From an uncultured Actinomycetes bacterium (GTDB lineage: Bacteria; Actinomycetota; Acidimicrobiia; IMCC26256; DASPTH01), in the NCBI GenBank assembly GCA_963819735.1, contig CAWFXC010000001.1:1865415-1929414 (forward strand): a stretch of 64,000 bases of DNA, in the 5' to 3' direction. The stretch's first letter is position 1. Every line of letters begins with the position of its first letter. Shown here in pieces: positions 28,315-37,701 of this stretch. Under the pieces are notes generated by a model. The model was not told the DNA's origin. It did no database searches and saw nothing but the letters and a program-made list of their open reading frames with translations. Both the position numbers and the translations under genes were made by a program.

Positions 28315-28606
28315 TTGATGGTCGACTTCGCTGCGCCCGCCCGCCGCGAGTCGGTCGGCGGCGGGCAGGCTCCGCTTCGTCTCCGGTTTGATGGTCGACT
28401 TCGCTGCGCCCGCCCGCCGCGAGTCGGTCGGCGGCGGGCAGGCTCCGCTTCGTCTCCGGTTTGATGGTCGACTTCGCTGCGCCCGCCCGCCGCGAGTCGG
28501 TCGGCGGCGGGCAGGCTCCGCTTCGTCTCCGGTTTGATGGTCGACTTCGCTGCGCCCGCCCGCCGCGAGTCGGTCGGCGGCGGGCAGGCTCCGCTTCGTC
28601 TCCGGT
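28315..28606. repeat. Four perfect tandem copies of a 73-bp unit, each containing a 9-bp GC hairpin
   Basis: Units start at 28315, 28388, 28461 and 28534 with no mismatch. A degenerate partial fifth start follows (CTGACGG versus TTGATGG). Each unit holds GCCCGCCGC-gagtcggtcg-GCGGCGGGC. The array lies between convergent gene ends (28286 and 28616). Confidence 0.95.
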
Positions 28607-28615
28607 CTGACGGTG

Positions 28616-29539
28616 TTACCCGAGCCCGTTCTTCTTCAGGAACGCGGCGGCGACGTCGGCCGGGTCCTGCTTCTCGTTGCTGATGTCGAGCGACATCTTG
28701 TTGTAGGCGGCGGTGGTCAGCTTGGCCGAGACGGCGTTGAGCGTCTTGAGCGTGGCCGCGGTGGCCTTGTCCTTGCTGATCAGGAACACCGGGTTGTCGG
28801 CCGGCTGCAGGCCCTTGTCGTCGGTGAGCAGCACCGCGTCCTTCGGGATCACGCTGCTCCCGGTGAAGAGCAGGCCGACGTCGATGTCGCCGTCCTCGAG
28901 CGCCTGCACGGTGATCGGGCCTCCGGCGTCGAGCTTCTTCACGTCGGAGAACTTCAGGCCGTAGAGCGACGGTTCGTCGGGTCCGCCGGTGGTCGACGTG
29001 CCGAGGCACAGCGGTCGGGTGTCGCACTCCGGCGGTCCGCCGAAGGTCAGCTTGCTCGCCACCTTCTTCAGGTCGGAGACGGTCTTGAGCTTGTACTTCT
29101 TGGCCGTGTCCTTGGTCACGTAGAACCCGTTCACGTCGACCGCGGGCGCCGGCTTGCTGGCCACGATGCCGGTGCCGGCCAACTTGGCCTGGAGTGCCTT
29201 GTAGGTGGTGGCGGAGTCGCCGGTGGCCGTGCCGCCGAGGTACTCGAGCAGCGTGCCCTGGTAGTCGGCGTAGCCGTCGAGGTCACCGTTCTTGAGCGCC
29301 TGGTAGACGATCTCGGTGGCGCCCAGGTTGTCCTTGAAGCTGATGTCGTAGCCCTTGTTCTCCAGCGCCTGGCCGTAGGCCTGCGAGATGGCCTGCGCGC
29401 CCGAGAAGTCCTTGGACCCCACGGTGAGCGACTTGGTCTGGGCGCCGGCGCCGGTGGCGCCGACGGTGAGGGCCACGCCCAACGTGAGCACGCCGGCGGT
29501 GAGCACCGCCCACATGCGGCGGGTTCGAGCCTTGTTCAT
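28616..29539 (-). CDS. Glycine betaine/choline-type ABC transporter substrate-binding protein (OpuC/OsmF-like)
   Basis: 307 aa with a signal peptide (MWAVLTAGVLTLGVALTVGATGAGA). LTVGSKDFSGAQAISQAYGQALE and DGYADYQGTLLEY are typical of OpuAC-fold binding proteins. Confidence 0.85.
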   Translation of the reverse strand: MNKARTRRMWAVLTAGVLTLGVALTVGATGAGAQTKSLTVGSKDFSGAQAISQAYGQALENKGYDISFKDNLGATEIVYQALKNGDLDGYADYQGTLLEYLGGTATGDSATTYKALQAKLAGTGIVASKPAPAVDVNGFYVTKDTAKKYKLKTVSDLKKVASKLTFGGPPECDTRPLCLGTSTTGGPDEPSLYGLKFSDVKKLDAGGPITVQALEDGDIDVGLLFTGSSVIPKDAVLLTDDKGLQPADNPVFLISKDKATAATLKTLNAVSAKLTTAAYNKMSLDISNEKQDPADVAAAFLKKNGLG

Positions 29540-29654
29540 CGAGTCCTGTCCTTGGTTCTGCCGCGGTTCCGGCGGGTGGGAGCGGTCGGCGCAGGTGTGC
29601 CGGTTGTCCCGGAACGGAAAGCTTACCCAGTTGGTCAGATTTCGTGACGTCGCC

Positions 29655-30413
29655 TCAGAGCACGGGCTCGAACGAGTCGCTCCTCACCGTCTCCCACGCC
29701 CCCGGCGCGGCGACGTCGCGTCCGCCCCGGAGCCCGGGCGACACCAGGAGCCGCTGGACCAGGGCCAGCGACAGCTCGACCGCGATCGCGAGCAGCGCGA
29801 CCAGGAGGCCGCCTGCGAACACCTTCACGTTGTCGTTCACCGCGAAGCCGTCGACGATGTACCGACCGAGCCCGCCGGAGTCGACGTAGGCGGCGAGCGT
29901 CGCGGTGGCGACCACCGCGACCGCGGCGGTACGGATGCCCGCCATCACGATCGGCAACGCGATCGGCAGCTCGACGCGGGTGAGCATCTGTCTCGCGTTC
30001 ATTCCCATGCCCCGCGCGGATTCGCGGATCTCGTCGTCGACCCCGGCGACGCCCACGTACGCGTTGGCGAGCATCGGCGGCACCGCCAACGCGAACATGG
30101 CGATGAACGCCGGCACCGATTGCACCGGCGTCAGCACCCCGGTGGGGTCGCCGATGCCGACCCACTGCACCGCCAGGATGAGGAGCGCCAGCGCCGGGAG
30201 CGCCCGGCCGATGTTGGCGATGTTGACCGCCACCGCGCCGCCCGTCCGCACGTGTCCCAACACGAGACCGATCGGGAGCGCGACCAGCGCCGCCGCGAGC
30301 ACCGACGCGACCGTGAGCTGGATGTGCTGGAGCATCAGGGTGGGGATCCCCTCCCTGCCGTGCCATTGCGCGCCGTCGGTGAGGAAGTCGGCGACCTTGG
30401 AGAGGAACCCCAT
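29655..30413 (-). CDS. Osmoprotectant ABC transporter permease
   Basis: Start at the ATG overlapping the upstream permease stop (TGATG). Has a BPD-type permease with an EAA-like loop (ESARGMGMNARQMLTRVELPIALP). Confidence 0.85.
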   Translation of the reverse strand: MGFLSKVADFLTDGAQWHGREGIPTLMLQHIQLTVASVLAAALVALPIGLVLGHVRTGGAVAVNIANIGRALPALALLILAVQWVGIGDPTGVLTPVQSVPAFIAMFALAVPPMLANAYVGVAGVDDEIRESARGMGMNARQMLTRVELPIALPIVMAGIRTAAVAVVATATLAAYVDSGGLGRYIVDGFAVNDNVKVFAGGLLVALLAIAVELSLALVQRLLVSPGLRGGRDVAAPGAWETVRSDSFEPVL

Positions 30414-31111
30414 CAGGCGGCCTGCTTCCGCCGACGGCCGGCGCGCTGCCACGGAGTGGCGATGCGTTGGGCGCCGACCAGCAACAGGTCGGCGACGATC
30501 GCGAGCAGGAGTGACAGCACGATGCCGACGGTGAGGGGCGTTCGGAACGCGCGCTGGAGGCCGTCGAGCATGAGCGCGCCCAGACCGCCCTGCCCGATGA
30601 GCGCGGTCACGGCGACCAGCCCGATGGTCGTGACCGTGGCGATGCGGATGCCGGTGATGATCGCCGGTAGCGCGATGGGCAGCTCGACCCGCAACAGCTG
30701 CCGGTTCCTCGAGTACCCCATGCCCTCCGCCGCGTCCTTCACGTCGGTGGGAACGGCGTCGAGGCCCGTCACGGTGTTCCGCACGAGGATGAGCAACGTG
30801 TACGCGGTGAGGGGAATCAGCGCCGTCACGCGCGACAGACCGGTGAGCGGGAGCAGCATCGCGAACAGCGCGAGCGACGGGATGGTGTACAGCACCCCGG
30901 TGATCGCGATCACCGGACCGTAGAGACGGTGGTAGCGGACGCTCAGCAGCGCGAGGGGCAACGCGATCACGAGCCCGAAGAAGACGGCGAGCACGGTGAG
31001 CTCGATGTGTTCACCCAGGCGGGCCCGGATCTCGTCGGTGTGCTCGGTGACCCACGGCCAGTAGAGCCATTTCGGGCCGATGTCCTCGGCCAGCACGAGC
31101 AGGTGGCTCAT
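30413..31111 (-). CDS. Osmoprotectant ABC transporter permease
   Basis: Start MSHLLVLAEDIG at 31111. Has the EAA-like loop DAAEGMGYSRNRQLLRVELPIALP. The long upstream extension of the ORF (to 32146) is antisense to the ATPase gene and was rejected. Confidence 0.85.
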   Translation of the reverse strand: MSHLLVLAEDIGPKWLYWPWVTEHTDEIRARLGEHIELTVLAVFFGLVIALPLALLSVRYHRLYGPVIAITGVLYTIPSLALFAMLLPLTGLSRVTALIPLTAYTLLILVRNTVTGLDAVPTDVKDAAEGMGYSRNRQLLRVELPIALPAIITGIRIATVTTIGLVAVTALIGQGGLGALMLDGLQRAFRTPLTVGIVLSLLLAIVADLLLVGAQRIATPWQRAGRRRKQAA

Positions 31112-31171
31112 CGCTGGATCGTAACGGGCGGGTAACGTCCGCCGATCGGCTCCGCCCCCACCTCCGCCTCC

Positions 31172-32395
31172 ATGATCCGCCTCGAGCGGATCGGCAAGCA
31201 GTACCCGAACGGGCAGGTCGCGGTGCGCGAGTTGTCGCTCGACATCCCCACCGGCGAGATCTGCGTGCTCGTCGGGCCGTCGGGGTGCGGCAAGACCACG
31301 ACGCTGAAGATGATCAACCGGCTCATCGAGCCGACCTCGGGCCGCATCTTCCTCGACGGCGACGACGTGACCCACACCGACCCCGTGGAGTTGCGCCGCC
31401 ACATGGGGTACGTCATCCAACAGATCGGGCTGTTCCCTCACCAGACCATCGCCACCAACATCGCGACCGTCCCCAAGCTGCTCGGTTGGTCCAAGGACCG
31501 GATCACGGCGCGTACCGACGAGCTGCTGGATCTCGTCGGCCTCGACCCGTCGGTCTACGGCGAGCGGTACCCCGCGCAGTTGTCGGGCGGGCAGCGGCAG
31601 CGCGTCGGGGTGGCGCGCGCGCTGGCTGCCGACCCTCCCGTTCTGCTCATGGACGAGCCGTTCGGCGCGATCGACCCGGTGACGCGCGTGCGGTTGCAGG
31701 ATGAGTTCCTGCGCCTCCAGAGTGAGGTCAACAAGACGGTGGTGTTCGTCACCCACGACATCGAGGAGGCGGTGAAGATGGGCGACCGCATCGCCATCCT
31801 CGACGTCGGCGGGATCCTCGAGCAGTACGCCACGCCGGCGGAGATCCTCGGGCGCCCGGCGTCGCCGATGGTGCGCGACTTCGTCGGCCGCGACCGCGCG
31901 CTGAAGCGCCTGCGCGTGACGCCGATCGACCCGGCCTGTCTGGAACACCCGCCGACCGTCGCACCCGCGGCCACCCTGGCCGAGGCCCGGCGCGCGATCG
32001 AGCAGACGACGGAGCGCTGGGTGGCGGTGGTCGACGCCGACGGTGTGCTGCACGGCTACGTCGACGAGTCCCGCCTCAGTGGCGATGGCGCGGGCGATGG
32101 CGATGGCGCGGGCGACGGCGAAGGCGACCGCTCGGTCGCCGATCACGTCCAGCGGATCGACACGTGGGTACCGCTCGACGGCGACCTCCAGGACGCGCTC
32201 GCGACCATGCTCCTCACCCGCGTCGGCTGGGTGTCGGTGATCGACGACGACCGGTTCCTCGGTGTGCTCACCCCGGAGGCGGTGTACCGCACGCTGCGGA
32301 AGTCCCTCGGCGACGCCGGGCCCGATGGTGGCGCGCTCGATGACGGCGCGCCCGCGGGTGGCGCGCTCGACGATGACGCGGCCGCGGGAAACTAA
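31172..32395 (+). CDS. Osmoprotectant ABC transporter ATP-binding protein with a C-terminal CBS pair (OpuCA/OpuAA-like)
   Basis: Has Walker A (GPSGCGKTTT), LSGGQRQRVGVARAL and LLMDEPFGAIDP, followed by a CBS-domain region. It is divergent from the permease genes across a 60-bp gap. Confidence 0.9.
   Translation: MIRLERIGKQYPNGQVAVRELSLDIPTGEICVLVGPSGCGKTTTLKMINRLIEPTSGRIFLDGDDVTHTDPVELRRHMGYVIQQIGLFPHQTIATNIATVPKLLGWSKDRITARTDELLDLVGLDPSVYGERYPAQLSGGQRQRVGVARALAADPPVLLMDEPFGAIDPVTRVRLQDEFLRLQSEVNKTVVFVTHDIEEAVKMGDRIAILDVGGILEQYATPAEILGRPASPMVRDFVGRDRALKRLRVTPIDPACLEHPPTVAPAATLAEARRAIEQTTERWVAVVDADGVLHGYVDESRLSGDGAGDGDGAGDGEGDRSVADHVQRIDTWVPLDGDLQDALATMLLTRVGWVSVIDDDRFLGVLTPEAVYRTLRKSLGDAGPDGGALDDGAPAGGALDDDAAAGN
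32081..32128 (+). repeat. 18-bp in-frame tandem repeat (about 2.7 copies) encoding GDGAGD GDGAGD GEGD inside the CBS region of the ABC ATPase
   Basis: GGCGATGGCGCGGGCGAT, then GGCGATGGCGCGGGCGAC, then GGCGAAGGCGAC, read directly. A second duplication of about 30 bp encodes GGALDDGAPA / GGALDDDAAA near 32326..32385. Confidence 0.85.
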
Positions 32396-32407
32396 CGTCG
32401 CGTCCGC

Positions 32408-33787
32408 ATGGCCATGGAAGTAGCCGACTCCCTCCTCGACCTCGTGGGCAACACGCCGCTCGTGCGGCTCGGCCGCGTGGGTCGCGACCTCGAGTGCGAC
32501 CTCCTGGCCAAGGTCGAGCTGTTCAACCCCGGCGGCAGCGTCAAGGACCGCCCCGCGGTCGCGATGGTCGACGCTGCCGAACGCGATGGCCTGTTGCGGC
32601 CGGGCGGCACGATCGTCGAGCCCACGTCAGGGAACACCGGCGCCGGCCTCGCCATCGTCGCCGCCCAACGCGGCTACCACTGCATCTTCGTGATGTCCGA
32701 CAAGATGAGCGAGGAGAAGATCTCGCTCCTGCGGGCCTACGGCGCCGACGTCGTGGTGTGCCCCACCGCGGTCCCGCCCGAGCACCCCGACTCCTATTAC
32801 TCGGTGGCCGATCGGCTCACCCGGGAGACGCCCGGCGCCTTCCGCCCCGACCAGTACTCGAACCCGGCCAACCCCGCCGAGCACGAGCGCTCCACCGGGC
32901 CCGAGATCTGGCGTCAGACCGACGGCCGGATCACCCACTTCGTGGCCGGGGTCGGTACCGGCGGCACGATCACCGGGGTGTCGCGCGCGCTCAAGGCGCA
33001 GAACCCCGCGGTCCAGGTGATCGCGGCCGACCCCGAGGGCTCGGTCTACTCGGGCGGCTCCGGTCGTCCGTATCTGGTCGAAGGAGTGGGCGAAGACTTC
33101 TGGCCCACGACGTTCGACCCCGCGAGCGTCGACCGCACCGTGATGGTCACCGACGCCGAGTCGTTCGCGGCGGCCCGCCGGGTCACGCGCGAAGAAGGAC
33201 TCCTGATCGGTGGCTCCTGCGGCACCGCGGTGCACGCGGCGCTCGTCGTGGGACGCGAGCTCGGGCCCGAGGCTGTCGTCGTCGTGCTGCTCCCGGACTC
33301 CGGGCGCAACTACCTCTCGAAGATCTTCGACGAGCGGTGGATGACCCGGTTCGGATTCCTGCGCAGTGACGGCCCGATCGCGGGCGACGTGCTGCACGCC
33401 AAGGACGGCGCCATCCCCGAACTCGTCGTGATCACCGCCGACGGCTCCGCGCGCGATGCGTTCGCGCGGATGCACGAGCTCGGAGTGTCCCAACTCGTGG
33501 TGGCCACCACCACCGATCAGCCGCTCGCGGCCAAGGAGATCTCGGGCTCGATCTCCGAGCTGCCGCTGATGGACAAGGCGTTCCGCGATCCGACCGTGCT
33601 CGACCGCCCGGTGCGCGACCTCATGGAGCCGGCGCCCCCGATGGTGGGGGTGGGGGAGACGGTCACCGACGTCGTCGAACGGCTCGAGACGTGCACCGCG
33701 GTGCTCGTGCTCGACGGCGGCCACCCGGTGGGCATCCTCACCCGTTCCGACGTGCTCACGTTCCTCGCGTCGCGCGCGCCCACGTGA
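32408..33787 (+). CDS. cbs: Cystathionine beta-synthase (PLP fold type II plus C-terminal CBS pair)
   Basis: 459 aa. Has NPGGSVKDRPA (PLP lysine), SGNTGAGLA and GTGGTITG, then two CBS-like modules. Confidence 0.9.
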   Translation: MAMEVADSLLDLVGNTPLVRLGRVGRDLECDLLAKVELFNPGGSVKDRPAVAMVDAAERDGLLRPGGTIVEPTSGNTGAGLAIVAAQRGYHCIFVMSDKMSEEKISLLRAYGADVVVCPTAVPPEHPDSYYSVADRLTRETPGAFRPDQYSNPANPAEHERSTGPEIWRQTDGRITHFVAGVGTGGTITGVSRALKAQNPAVQVIAADPEGSVYSGGSGRPYLVEGVGEDFWPTTFDPASVDRTVMVTDAESFAAARRVTREEGLLIGGSCGTAVHAALVVGRELGPEAVVVVLLPDSGRNYLSKIFDERWMTRFGFLRSDGPIAGDVLHAKDGAIPELVVITADGSARDAFARMHELGVSQLVVATTTDQPLAAKEISGSISELPLMDKAFRDPTVLDRPVRDLMEPAPPMVGVGETVTDVVERLETCTAVLVLDGGHPVGILTRSDVLTFLASRAPT

Positions 33788-34959
33788 GCATCACCGACGA
33801 CGGGTCCCGATCCGCGTTCGACGACGGCTTCGAGACCCGCGCCATCCACGAGGGGCAGCCACCTGATCCGGCCTCGGGCGCGGTCGTCACCCCGATCACC
33901 CTCTCGTCGACCTTCGCCCACCAGGAGGTCGGCCGCCACGCGGGGTTCGAGTACGCGCGCAGTGCGAACCCCACCCGCTCGGCGTACGAGGCGTGCCTCG
34001 CCTCGTTGGAGCACGCCGCGCACGGCTTCGCGTTCGCCAGCGGGATGGCCGCCGAAGACGCGGTCCTGCGGTTGCTCGCGCCCGGTCAACGCGTCGTCAT
34101 TCCCGACGATGCGTACGGAGGGACCTACCGACTGGTGTCGAAGGTGCTCGCGCCGGCCGGCATCGAGTGGACGGTCGCCGACCTCACCGATCTCGACGCG
34201 CTCGCGCGCGATTGGCCCGGCGGCACCGCGCTGGTGTGGATCGAAACCCCCACCAACCCGATGCTCACGGTCGTCGACATCGGCGCGGTCACCGCGCTCG
34301 CGCACGAGCGGGGCGCGCGCGTCGTCGTCGACAACACGTTCGCGACCCCGTTCCTCCAACGCCCGCTGCTGCTCGGAGCCGACATCGTCGTGCACTCGGC
34401 CACGAAGTACCTCGGCGGCCACTCCGACGTCATCGGCGGTTTCGCGGCCACCAACGATCCCGAGATCGCCGACCGACTCCGCTTCCTGCAGAACGCGATC
34501 GGCGCGGTGCCGAGTCCGTTCGACTGCTACCTCGTGCTGCGCGGGCTCAAGACGCTCGCGGTGCGCATGGAACGCCACTGTGAGAACGCGAGCGCCATCG
34601 TCGCGTTGCTCGTGTCGCATCCCGCGGTGTCGCGCGTCCTCTATCCGGCGCTCGCCGACCATCCCGGGCACGCCGCGGCTCGCCGCCAGATGCGCGACTT
34701 CGGTGGGATGGTGAGCTTCCTGGCCGCCGGCGGTGAGGCCGCCGCGCTCGCGATCGTCGCCCGCACCCGGCTGTTCACGCTGGCCGAGTCGCTCGGCGGC
34801 GTCGAGTCCCTGGTGGAGCACCCGGCCCGCATGACGCACGCGTCGGCGGCCGACTCGCCGCTCGCGGTCGACCCGGCCCTCGTGCGTTTGTCCGTCGGTA
34901 TCGAGACCGCCGACGATCTCGTCGCCGACCTCCGCCAGGCCCTCGACTCCGTCCTCTGA
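33784..34959 (+). CDS. metB: Cystathionine gamma-lyase/gamma-synthase (Cys/Met metabolism PLP enzyme)
   Basis: The GTG start overlaps the cbs stop (GTGA). Has ETRAIHEG and VVHSATKYLGGHSD (PLP lysine). About 391 aa. Confidence 0.85.
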   Translation: MSITDDGSRSAFDDGFETRAIHEGQPPDPASGAVVTPITLSSTFAHQEVGRHAGFEYARSANPTRSAYEACLASLEHAAHGFAFASGMAAEDAVLRLLAPGQRVVIPDDAYGGTYRLVSKVLAPAGIEWTVADLTDLDALARDWPGGTALVWIETPTNPMLTVVDIGAVTALAHERGARVVVDNTFATPFLQRPLLLGADIVVHSATKYLGGHSDVIGGFAATNDPEIADRLRFLQNAIGAVPSPFDCYLVLRGLKTLAVRMERHCENASAIVALLVSHPAVSRVLYPALADHPGHAAARRQMRDFGGMVSFLAAGGEAAALAIVARTRLFTLAESLGGVESLVEHPARMTHASAADSPLAVDPALVRLSVGIETADDLVADLRQALDSVL

Positions 34960-35012
34960 CCGACGCCCCACTTCCGGAACACTTCGGAGTCGGCCGTCGA
35001 ATGCGAGCGCGA

Positions 35013-35036
35013 ACTCCGAGATGTTCGGGGTTTGGT
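35013..35036 (+). terminator. Possible intrinsic terminator downstream of metB
   Basis: Hairpin AACTCCGA-GATG-TTCGGGGTT followed by a short T run. The T tract is weak and the context is GC-rich. Confidence 0.3.
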
Positions 35037-35074
35037 CGGGGTTCGTCGGGGGGGGGGCGGGACCTTGGGGCGAC

Positions 35075-36205
35075 CTACTGCGCGAGGGCGCGGCCGATGA
35101 TGGCGCCCAGCGCTTCGGCCTCCACCAGGAACCCGTCGTGGCCGGAGATCGTCTGCACCACGTCGACGGCCGACGCGGTCGGGATGAGCTCACCGAGCTC
35201 CTGCTGGAGCCGCAGCGGATAGAGCCGGTCCGATGACATCCCGACGATCGTCGCGTCGGCGGTGATGGTGGCCAATGCCGCGGCGGTGCCGCCGCGGCCG
35301 CGGCCGACGTCGTGGTGGTTCATCGCCTCCGACAGCACGATGTAGCTGTTGGCGTCGAACCGTCGCACGAGCTTGTCGCCGTGGTACTCGAGGTACGACT
35401 CCACCGCGTACCGCCCTCCGGCGAACGGCTCCTCGCCCGCCTGGTGGTCGCGTCCGAAGCGGGCGGCGAGCTCCAGCTCGCTGCGGTAGCTGATCTGGCC
35501 AATGCTGCGCGCGATCGACAGCCCCTCGTGCGGCCCCTCGCAGTCGGGGGCGTCGTAGTAGTCGCCACCGCGCCAGCACGGATCGGCCTTGATCGCCCGG
35601 ATCTGCACCCCACAGAGACCGATCTCCTCGGCCGTTGCCTGGGCCCCGACCGAGATCACGACCACCCGCTGCACCCGCTCGCGATGCCCGACGGCCCACT
35701 CCAGGACGCGCATGCCGCCCATCGAACCGCCGACGACGCCGTACCACCGGTCGATGCCGAGCACGTCGGCCAGCGCGACCTCGAGCGCGACCTGGTCGCG
35801 GATGGTCGTAATGGGGAAGCGCGACCCGTACGCGCGACCGTCGGGTGCGAGCGACGACGGCCCGGTCGTGCCCTGGCACCCGCCGAGCACGTTGGGGCAC
35901 ACCACGAAGAACCGGTCGGAGTCGATCGGCGCGCCGGGGCCGACGGTGCCGTCCCACCAGCCCACGTCGACGTGCCCCAGCCCCGCCGGACCGGCCGCGT
36001 GGCTGTCGCCGGTGAGCGCGTGCAGCACGAGGACCGCGTTCGCGCCGTCGGGCGCGAGCGTTCCCCACGTCTCGTACGCGACCGTGACCGACGGCAACGC
36101 GCCGCCGGCCTCGAGCGGGAGGTCGTCGGGGAGCGTGACGAACTGCCGGCGGCCAGGATCGTCACCGGGCCGCCACGCGCCCGTGACGGGCAACCCCTCG
36201 CTCAC
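35075..36205 (-). CDS. metX: Homoserine O-acetyltransferase
   Basis: 376 aa. VLHALTGDSHAAGP, GWWDGTVGPGAPIDSDRFFVVCPNVLGGCQGTTGPSS and GGSMGGM match MetX. Confidence 0.9.
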   Translation of the reverse strand: MSEGLPVTGAWRPGDDPGRRQFVTLPDDLPLEAGGALPSVTVAYETWGTLAPDGANAVLVLHALTGDSHAAGPAGLGHVDVGWWDGTVGPGAPIDSDRFFVVCPNVLGGCQGTTGPSSLAPDGRAYGSRFPITTIRDQVALEVALADVLGIDRWYGVVGGSMGGMRVLEWAVGHRERVQRVVVISVGAQATAEEIGLCGVQIRAIKADPCWRGGDYYDAPDCEGPHEGLSIARSIGQISYRSELELAARFGRDHQAGEEPFAGGRYAVESYLEYHGDKLVRRFDANSYIVLSEAMNHHDVGRGRGGTAAALATITADATIVGMSSDRLYPLRLQQELGELIPTASAVDVVQTISGHDGFLVEAEALGAIIGRALAQ

Positions 36206-36236
36206 GCTCCCCGCTCTCGGTGCTGCTCTTTCTCGC

Positions 36237-37640
<1,404 letters not shown>

Positions 37641-37701
37641 TCAACTCGGATTTAGCAGGAATTCAAGTGCCCGCGCGGGACGCACGAGGCGCCGCGACGG
37701 A

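Noticed and set aside
28315-28606. Whether the 73-bp repeat array is a CRISPR array.
   Set aside because: The whole 73-bp period is identical in all four copies, so there are no unique spacers between repeats. No cas genes lie nearby. It is a plain tandem repeat.
35049-35058. A G10 homopolymer as a phase-variation switch.
   Set aside because: It is intergenic, lying 17 nt beyond the metX stop and downstream of metB. Length changes would not shift any reading frame, and it is not placed in a promoter spacer.
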